Positions 59,664 through 64,000 of a DNA stretch of 64,000 nucleotides are shown here, piece after piece; positions within the stretch are counted from its first letter, which is position 1; each line of letters starts with the position of its first letter. The notes beneath the pieces were generated by a model. The model saw only the letters and a program-made list of their open reading frames with translations, did no database searches and was not told the DNA's origin. This stretch comes from Planctomycetota bacterium (GTDB taxonomy: Bacteria; Planctomycetota; UBA8108; UBA1146; JAJFFE01): NCBI GenBank assembly GCA_039028735.1, contig JBCCHQ010000011.1, positions 7,127-71,126 on the forward strand, read 5' to 3'. Position numbers and translations under genes: made by a program.

Positions 59664-62330
59664 TCATCCTGTGTTTCGAAGCCCCGCTGCGATGCCGTTG
59701 ATCGTCATGTGCAGCGCATCACGCAACCGCTCGTCGGGGACCGTCCGAAACAAGCGCAAGATCTCAGCCTGTAGGACGTTGATCGGGTCGACGTATGGGT
59801 TGCGAACCTCAATCGATCGCCGGATCACCGGGTTCTGAGCGAGCAGTTGCTTGCTACCGGTCACTTCTAGTACCGCCGCAACAGTGTTGTCGAAACGTGC
59901 ACGCAGATCGGCACCCAGCGAATCGGCGGAAGGCGGCTCCAACAGTTCCTCGTAGAAGCGGTGCACGTCGGGTTCGGCTTTCGCCAAGACCAGCTCGATC
60001 AACGACAGGAACGATCGGAAGAAGCGCCACTCGCGTGCCATCTCCAGCAATATGTCGCGTTGCTCGGAGGCGAGGGCGGCCCCCAACGCTTCGCCGATTC
60101 CCAACCACGATGGCAACAAGAGTCGCGTCTGCGTCCACGCGAAGTTCCATGGGATTGCGCGCAGAGACTCGACCCCACCGCCCGCCTTGCGCCGCGCAGG
60201 TCGGCTGCCGATGTTGAGTTCCCCAAGCTCCGACTCCGGCGTCGCACCGCGGAAGTACGGCACGAACTCTGCGTCGTCGAAGACGATTCCGCGGTATGCG
60301 GCGGCGGATTGATCGGCCAACTGTTCGATCAACTGCGTCCATTCCGGTCGCGCTGTAGCAGGCGGCTGCAGCGCCGCTTCCGCCATCGCCGTCGTGTACA
60401 GTTCGAGGTGACGCAGCGCAATGTCTTCGAGACCGAAACGGCTCTGGATCACCTCTCCCTGTTCCGTCACGCGAATGGAAGATCCGAGAGACCCCGGTGG
60501 TAGGCTCAAGATCGCCGCATGGGCCGGTCCGCCGCCACGTCCGACCGTCCCGCCGCGGCCGTGGAAGATCGTCAACTCGACGCCGTTTTCGACAGCAATC
60601 AGGTGCAATCGCGTCTGAGCGCGGTGCAGCTCCCACGCAGCGGCCAGCAGCCCCGCGTCCTTAGCTGAGTCGGAGTACCCGACCATCACTTCCATGCGAT
60701 CGCCCGCCGAACGGATCTGCTCACGATACGCCGGGATCGCTAGCAGTTCGGTCAACACGTCGGGAGCACCCGCCAAATCTGCGCGAGTCTCAAAGAGCGG
60801 GACGACTCGCAGAGGTGTCGACACACCGGTCCGACGCTGCAGCACCTCGACCGCTAGTACGTCTGATGCAGACGTGGCCATCGAGATCACGTAGGCGCCG
60901 AGCGCGTCGGGTGATTCGGCCGCGACCACGGCAAACGTGTCGATCACGTCGCGCACCTCGTCACTCGCCAATAGGCCGTCAGGCACCGGCCGCGGCGACT
61001 GTAGCTCCGCAACCAGCGTCGCCTGCCGGGACGCTTCATCGAGGTCGCTCAGGGGACGCTCCCCGGCCGCAACCGCAAGCGCGTCGAGGGCCGCAGTGTG
61101 GCGCGTACTTTCCTGCCGGATGTCGATCTTGACGAGCGTCGCTCCGAAGCAGGCTACTCGGCGCAGTAGATCTTGCAGCCGACCGTGCGCAACAATCTCG
61201 GCGCCCACCGCGCACAGAGAGTCATGGATCAACGTCAACGGTTCCCAGAGTTCGCTGCGCTGAAGATCTGGGCAACGAGGGAGTTCACTGGCGGTCTTGC
61301 CGTGTGCGACAGCTTCGGCACGGGCGCGCGCTTGCCCGAGGCGCTTCTCTAGTTGACGCAATAGCGCGCGATGCGGCTCGCGCGCGTCACCGACCCGCGC
61401 GCGGACGGCGGCACTACACGACTGCAGCGACAACTCCGCGCGCAGCGCTTTGACCTCGCGCAGGTAGAGGTCAGCCGCCAGCCAGCGACAAAGCCCACAC
61501 ACGCGTTGCGTCATTTCGGGCGTGACGTTGGGATTCCCGTCACGGTCGCCGCCCATCCAAGACCCAAAGCGAATCGGCGCTACGTCCAGCGGCAAACCTG
61601 CACCGGTCTGCTGCTGCAACTCCGCGTCGAGGTTTCGCAGGTACCGCGGCACCGCGTCCCACAGGCTCTGCTCAAACACTAGCAGCCCAGCGTTCGCTTC
61701 TTCGAGTGGAGTCGGCCGAGCGCGGATGATCTCGTCGGATTCCCAGATCACCGTGATCTCCCGCTCGAGCGCTTCGTGCATGCGCCCGCGCTCTCGGGCC
61801 AGCAGGTCTCCCCGATCCAGCTCTGCGAGCAACGCAGCAATGCGGTTGTGCTTCTGCAGAATCGTACGCCGATTCACTTCTGTCGGGTGCGCCGTGAGAA
61901 CCAGTTCGATCCGCAGCTCTACGATCTGCTTGTGCAGCGCTTCCGCGGAAACCCCCGCCGCAAGCAGTTCGGCGAAAGTACGGGCTAGCGATCCTTGCTG
62001 TGCCGGCGTTTCGGGATCGCGCAAGTAGTCACGCCGCCGACGCGTGCGGTGATGCTGCTCAGCGATGTTGGCGAGGGCGAGGAAGTGTGTGAAGGCTCGC
62101 GCCACTGGGGCCACTTCTTGGAGGCGCAATCCAGCCAACTGCTGCTGCACGTCGCCGAGACGAGTTTCGCCTTCACTGCGATACTCTTTGGCCATGCGCC
62201 GGATCGCTTCGATGGTTTCGAAACACCGGTCGCCCTCGCGGCGACGAATGACGTCACCGAGAAGGCTGCCGAGCAGCCGGATGTTGTCGCGCAGAGGTTC
62301 GTGCGGGTCTGAGGTCTTCTGTTCGTTCAT
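59664..62330 (-). CDS. ppc: Phosphoenolpyruvate carboxylase; alternative starts 62384/62432
   Basis: VLTAHPTE, WMGGDRDGNP, VMVGYSDSAKDAG, FHGRGGTVGRGGGP, LRAIPW, C-terminal GLRNTG. Confidence 0.97.
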   Translation of the reverse strand: MNEQKTSDPHEPLRDNIRLLGSLLGDVIRRREGDRCFETIEAIRRMAKEYRSEGETRLGDVQQQLAGLRLQEVAPVARAFTHFLALANIAEQHHRTRRRRDYLRDPETPAQQGSLARTFAELLAAGVSAEALHKQIVELRIELVLTAHPTEVNRRTILQKHNRIAALLAELDRGDLLARERGRMHEALEREITVIWESDEIIRARPTPLEEANAGLLVFEQSLWDAVPRYLRNLDAELQQQTGAGLPLDVAPIRFGSWMGGDRDGNPNVTPEMTQRVCGLCRWLAADLYLREVKALRAELSLQSCSAAVRARVGDAREPHRALLRQLEKRLGQARARAEAVAHGKTASELPRCPDLQRSELWEPLTLIHDSLCAVGAEIVAHGRLQDLLRRVACFGATLVKIDIRQESTRHTAALDALAVAAGERPLSDLDEASRQATLVAELQSPRPVPDGLLASDEVRDVIDTFAVVAAESPDALGAYVISMATSASDVLAVEVLQRRTGVSTPLRVVPLFETRADLAGAPDVLTELLAIPAYREQIRSAGDRMEVMVGYSDSAKDAGLLAAAWELHRAQTRLHLIAVENGVELTIFHGRGGTVGRGGGPAHAAILSLPPGSLGSSIRVTEQGEVIQSRFGLEDIALRHLELYTTAMAEAALQPPATARPEWTQLIEQLADQSAAAYRGIVFDDAEFVPYFRGATPESELGELNIGSRPARRKAGGGVESLRAIPWNFAWTQTRLLLPSWLGIGEALGAALASEQRDILLEMAREWRFFRSFLSLIELVLAKAEPDVHRFYEELLEPPSADSLGADLRARFDNTVAAVLEVTGSKQLLAQNPVIRRSIEVRNPYVDPINVLQAEILRLFRTVPDERLRDALHMTINGIAAGLRNTG

Positions 62331-62526
62331 AGGATCAGGCTGGCGCAGAGTGTTGGTCAGGTCAAGGTGCTGGCTCAGGGTCATGGCAGTCGTCGGCAAC
62401 CGATGTGACGCACAAGAGGTGGCGAGGTGCATTTCCTACTTGCCCTGCCCCGGTAGATTGGCGACGCTGCCAGTGAGCGCACCGAACGCGCCACGAACAG
62501 GCAGCGCTACTCGAAAGGAACGACCA

Positions 62527-63111
62527 ATGAAGGCAGCAACGACGTGTATCCAGCTGGCAGCATGCGCGCTACTGATCGGGTTGAGTGCGTGCTCGTCGCC
62601 AATGGCAGAAACCGCTGAGTACCCTGTGTCTGATCAACCGACCGCGGGCGCGACTGCCGACAGCGGCAAGTCAGTGATGCTGGAGTTCAAGTCGGAGATC
62701 GCAGCCCCAGTCGTCAAAGTCTGGGATACGATGTTTGCGCCGGATACCTACACGAAATGGACCAGCGCGTTCATGCCGGGCTCCTACTTCGAGGGGTCGT
62801 GGTCAGAGGGATCCCGCATTCACTTCTTGGCCCCAGGCGGGGACGGAATGGTGTCAGAGATTGCGGTGAACCGTCCGCGCGAGTATCTATCGATCAAGCA
62901 TCTGGGTTACGTGCAGGATGGCGTCGAGGACACGACCAGCGACGCTGTGCGCAGCTGGGCGCCGTCGTACGAGAACTACCGGTTCAAAACGATACCGGGC
63001 GGGACGTTGGTGACTGTCGAACAAGAAGTCCCCACGGAGTACGCAGACTCGATGACCGAAACCTGGCCAGCGGCGCTGGCGATGCTCAAGTCGCTATGCG
63101 AGGCTGACTGA
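62527..63111 (+). CDS. SRPBCC domain lipoprotein
   Basis: GAAAGGA RBS; lipobox LSAC; KVWDTM..YTKWTSAF.PGSYFEGSW, ENYRF. Confidence 0.88.
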   Translation: MKAATTCIQLAACALLIGLSACSSPMAETAEYPVSDQPTAGATADSGKSVMLEFKSEIAAPVVKVWDTMFAPDTYTKWTSAFMPGSYFEGSWSEGSRIHFLAPGGDGMVSEIAVNRPREYLSIKHLGYVQDGVEDTTSDAVRSWAPSYENYRFKTIPGGTLVTVEQEVPTEYADSMTETWPAALAMLKSLCEAD

Positions 63112-63161
63112 ACTCAGCGCTGCATCGCTGTCCGTAGAATCCAGTCCGGCAACCGCACTCG

Positions 63162-64000
63162 ATGGAGGCTCTTGTGATTTCTCGCCCAGGCACCGCTTCG
63201 GCCATCGTGATTGCCTCGCTCAGCCTCATAGCGCTGGGTTGCCAACCTTCCGCGACCCCGGGGCAACAATCAGCGCCGACGCGGAGTTCGAGAGAGTTCC
63301 TTGCGGATGAGACTGCTGCGGTACTGGACGCCAACAGCGCCGGGCGCCTGAGCAGCGACGCGATCAAGGCGCTGGAAGCCGAGGTTGCCAAGAATCCGGC
63401 GGACATCGGCGCCCGAACGAAGATTCTGGGATACTACTTCGCAAACCGTGGGAGCAAGTCCACACGGCGCGAATCGCGCGAGCATGTGTTGTGGCTGATT
63501 CGGAATGCGCCGGGGACACCCATCCTCGGCACACCCTACGGAGAGATCGACTACTACCTATACCCCAAGCTGTTCGCGGCAGGGAAGAAGGCCTGGCGAG
63601 CACAAATGGACAAGCACCCGTCGAACCTCCGCGTGCTCGCGAGCTTTGCCAACTACATGCAGCACGCGGATATCGAGCAAGCGCTCGAAGCTTTGGCGGA
63701 AGCGTTCACGCTCGATCCGGACAACCCCTTGTGGCCGACTCGCATCGGCGGCCTGCATCGGTTGGCAATCATCGGCGGGTCACCCGAGGCTCAGGTGAAA
63801 TCGGCAGAGCTGGCCTTGGAGCACTTTGAGATTGCGTACAGGCAGACCAAAGGAATTCGTCAGGTGTCGCTACTCAACGACCTTGCCAGCATGGCACTCG
63901 CGGCGAATCAACTAGACAAGGCCAAGCGGTACGCCGAAGAGATGCTACGTCGACGTACCGTGGCAGGGCGTCTCGACGACTCCAACCTGCACCATGGCAA
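63162..64000 (+). CDS. TPR-like lipoprotein, truncated by the window end; GTG 63174 is an alternative start
   Basis: Frame open to the window end: ...LSLIALGC lipobox, ILGYYF, HVLWLIRNAP, TPR-like helices; not in the ORF track (no stop). Confidence 0.8.
   Translation, partial: MEALVISRPGTASAIVIASLSLIALGCQPSATPGQQSAPTRSSREFLADETAAVLDANSAGRLSSDAIKALEAEVAKNPADIGARTKILGYYFANRGSKSTRRESREHVLWLIRNAPGTPILGTPYGEIDYYLYPKLFAAGKKAWRAQMDKHPSNLRVLASFANYMQHADIEQALEALAEAFTLDPDNPLWPTRIGGLHRLAIIGGSPEAQVKSAELALEHFEIAYRQTKGIRQVSLLNDLASMALAANQLDKAKRYAEEMLRRRTVAGRLDDSNLHHG

Noticed and set aside
62065-62526. N-terminal extensions in the ORF track (also on the crotonase, transglutaminase, isochorismatase and FMN-binding genes)
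   Set aside because: They overlap other genes or promoters; downstream ATGs have good RBSs and match the family N-termini.

Overview
GC-rich bacterial chromosomal DNA, probably Planctomycetota. That assignment is inferred from an ECF sigma factor fused to a TM helix and large extension, several C-terminal dockerin-like domains, and redoxin/cytochrome-c fusion proteins. About 47 CDSs are supportable; I saw no rRNA, tRNA, CRISPR array or intact mobile element. The strongest finding is a gene missing from the ORF track: 42186-42521 (+) encodes a membrane-anchored HMA/MerP-like protein whose metal-binding Cys codon is an in-frame TGA (GMT-U-GVG-C), followed by a hairpin with bacterial SECIS geometry, so it is a probable selenoprotein. 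Other notable loci: (1) a yeh-like SWIM/HEAT/MoxR/DUF5682/VWA operon; (2) three secreted dockerin-bearing proteins, one with three cohesin-like modules, next to an XRE-NB-ARC-TPR protein; (3) a sigma-54 module with visible -24/-12 promoter and UAS, whose activator has a Cx2Cx5Cx5C insert; (4) three regulator loci with clear operators (two TetR, one ArsR-type); (5) a MipA/ColRS-like operon; (6) ppc. All family calls come from motif recognition by eye, with no database searches.
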